Positions 62,333-64,000 of a DNA stretch of 64,000 nucleotides are shown one piece after another. The notes under the pieces are model-generated. The model saw only the letters and a list, made by a program, of their open reading frames with translations, was not told the origin of the DNA and ran no database searches. The stretch spans positions 20,466 to 84,465 of the IMG/VR virus record IMGVR_UViG_3300045988_065177. One strand, given 5' to 3'. This stretch comes from a virus. Position numbers and translations under genes: made by a program. How positions within the stretch are numbered: position 1 is the stretch's first letter; each line of letters opens with the position of its first letter.

Positions 62333-63027
62333 TGGCTGCTGAAACAATTGCTATCGTAGGTGAATCAGGTACTGGAAAGAGTACAAGTTTAAGAAATCTT
62401 AATCCCGAAGAGACTTTTATTATAAGTACTACGGGTAAACCGCTCCCCTTTAGAGCATGGAAAAAGAAGTATATCCCTATTAAAATAGAGGGAAAGAACG
62501 TAAGTGGTAACTATTACGTTAGTTCCAAATGGGATCAAATTCTGAAAATTCTTCAAATTATTGACAAGATGATGCCTCAAATTAAACAGGTAATTATCGA
62601 TGACTTCCAATATGTTCTCTCTTATGAGTTCGTTGATAGAGCAACAGAAGTTGGTTATACCAAATTTAGTGAGCTAGCTCAACACGCTATGGAAATTCTG
62701 AGATATTCAGAAAAGATGAGAGAGGATTGTAAGATGGTTTTCTTGACACACTCGGAGAATGTTGGAGACAATGTAAATCCTAAGTTTGTCATTAAAACTG
62801 TTGGAAAGTTGTTGTCTGAAAAGGTAACACTGGAAGGTCTGTTTACTTATATTTTCTTCACTAAGGTAAGTGAGGGAGATTCTGGTAGAATGGAGTACAA
62901 GTTAATCACTAATAATGATGGTACTTGTGTGGCTAAGACATCCTTTGGTATGTTTGAAGACCTAGAGATTGATAATGATTTGAATGAGATTATCCATGTT
63001 ATTGATGCTTATAATGAAGGAGAGTAA
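62332..63027 (+). CDS. P-loop ATPase (Sak4/RecA-like phage replication-recombination ATPase)
   Basis: Walker A IAIVGESGTGKST; Walker B VIIDDFQ. Confidence 0.5.
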   Translation: MAAETIAIVGESGTGKSTSLRNLNPEETFIISTTGKPLPFRAWKKKYIPIKIEGKNVSGNYYVSSKWDQILKILQIIDKMMPQIKQVIIDDFQYVLSYEFVDRATEVGYTKFSELAQHAMEILRYSEKMREDCKMVFLTHSENVGDNVNPKFVIKTVGKLLSEKVTLEGLFTYIFFTKVSEGDSGRMEYKLITNNDGTCVAKTSFGMFEDLEIDNDLNEIIHVIDAYNEGE

Positions 63028-63610
63028 TGAAGTTAGACATACTGTTTCACTACGAGGTGAATGAACAAACTGGTGAAATCACCTATATTGGGAAAGAAGA
63101 AATTTCTGTTGACACTAAGGCAACGAAAAGTGCTACCAAGACATCTACTAAGGCTTCTACAGCCAAGGTAGATGCTAATCCAGATCCTATTATTACGCTT
63201 GATTCCAACAAGTTAATATTAACTCAGGGAGCTGTAGACCTGTTACAGGTTTGTGCAGATTGTCGAGTAGACATCAAGTATAAGAAGAAGGATAAGAAAG
63301 CAGTTCCTATTATTGGAACTGATGCCGCTTTCGGAACTAAAAGTGGAAACAAGTTAACGAAGAGTAATACTGTAAGTTATAGGGGTGCAGCTAATGAAAA
63401 GCTCTCAGCTTATGGTACTACCTTTAAACTAGAGCCTACAGAGGATAAAGGAATTTATTATCTAGTAGGAGATAAGGTACAAGAAGAAAACTCTGTACCT
63501 GATGAGATAATTGATATCGAGAATGAACTCGATATAGAATCATTAGATAATATAAACATAGACGAAGATGACAAAGACTTAGAAAAATTTGATTTTAATT
63601 TGAATTAATT

Positions 63611-64000
63611 ATGGCATTTAATTTTGGTATATCAGCAGACTCAGCAGTAAGAAACACACGTCGTCCTTTAACTCCTTGGAACATCCATGATGTAAAATTC
63701 ATGGGATGTGAAATCAAAGAATTTGATGGTAAAAAGGATCCAACGGCTCATTATAAAGTTCTGGCAATCAACTTTGAGAACGAAGAGGGTTACTTCTCTG
63801 TGACTCAATTCTTTCCTAAAGCTGGTGATGATGAGAGACGTGAGTTTGATAGTAAGAATGGTGGAAAGGTTATTATGCCTTCCAACTTCGAGACTTTGAT
63901 GGCTGTAGTTAAGCAGACTGCACAGGTTCTCAATCCTGCAGGATTTGAAAAGATGCAAGCAGCTAGCTCTAAATTTAAGAGCTTCGATGATGTAGCTAAG
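63611..64000 (+). CDS. Hypothetical protein, partial (runs off the window end); possibly a single-strand annealing or SSB-like protein
   Basis: ATG at 63611, open to the end of the window (MAFNFGISADSAVRNTRRPLTPWNIHDVKF...). Its genomic context is next to the replication ATPases. Confidence 0.3.
   Translation, partial: MAFNFGISADSAVRNTRRPLTPWNIHDVKFMGCEIKEFDGKKDPTAHYKVLAINFENEEGYFSVTQFFPKAGDDERREFDSKNGGKVIMPSNFETLMAVVKQTAQVLNPAGFEKMQAASSKFKSFDDVAK

Noticed and set aside
1-64000. TGA or TAA reassignment, as seen in some other recoded phages
   Set aside because: Both TGA and TAA are used as terminal stops of intact genes throughout (dozens of early genes end in TAA or TGA). Only CTA triplets recur in frame in the late block. 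The only suppressor-type tRNA found has a CUA anticodon. tRNA-Ser(UGA) and tRNA-Trp(CCA) have ordinary sense anticodons.
1-64000. Integrase, excisionase or other lysogeny module
   Set aside because: No tyrosine or serine recombinase motifs were recognised in any ORF. The only hint is a tRNA 3' fragment at 40680-40705, which is insufficient alone.

Overview
This 64 kb window appears to be part of a large, AT-rich (about 35% GC) virulent phage genome, most plausibly a crAss-like or Lak-like phage of a Bacteroidetes host. The host call rests on Bacteroidetes-type lipoprotein signal peptides (lipobox-like Cys after the signal) and on OmpA-like and SPFH-like proteins. The window divides into two translational regimes.

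1. Region 1 to about 20.8 kb is mostly minus-strand structural and late genes, plus a short plus-strand block at 16.9-19.1 kb. It looks almost non-coding in the standard genetic code because genes are interrupted by frequent in-frame TAG codons. These include a giant tail-fibre-like gene, a terminase large subunit that seems split in two, a PD-(D/E)XK nuclease and several homing endonucleases.
2. Region 21 kb to 64 kb is plus-strand early and middle genes in the standard code. It essentially never uses TAG, even as a stop codon. About 25 tRNA genes are interspersed, among them a tRNA-Leu(UAA) split by a group I intron that carries an HNH endonuclease.

A Gln-tRNA-derived amber suppressor tRNA with anticodon CUA sits at the boundary between the two regimes, so TAG is most likely reassigned to glutamine in the late genes.

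The strongest system-level observation is a diversity-generating retroelement (DGR). It comprises a template repeat, a variable repeat at the C-terminus of the tail-fibre gene, a second and remote variable repeat in a small plus-strand gene 29 kb away, and a reverse-transcriptase N-terminus running off the window start. The copies differ only at template adenines.

Other notable content:
- a NAMPT-like plus PRPP-synthetase-like gene pair, which may form a NARP1-like NAD+ reconstitution (anti-defence) pathway
- an RlmN/Cfr-like radical-SAM enzyme directly upstream of the tRNA array
- an NfeD-flotillin pair, a second SPFH lipoprotein and an OmpA-like protein
- RNase H and a replication module (SF2 helicase, DnaB-like helicase, ATPase)
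- several atypical or degenerate tRNA-like elements
- a candidate structured ncRNA

All coordinates for TAG-recoded genes are approximate, because they were inferred by reading through TAG by hand.
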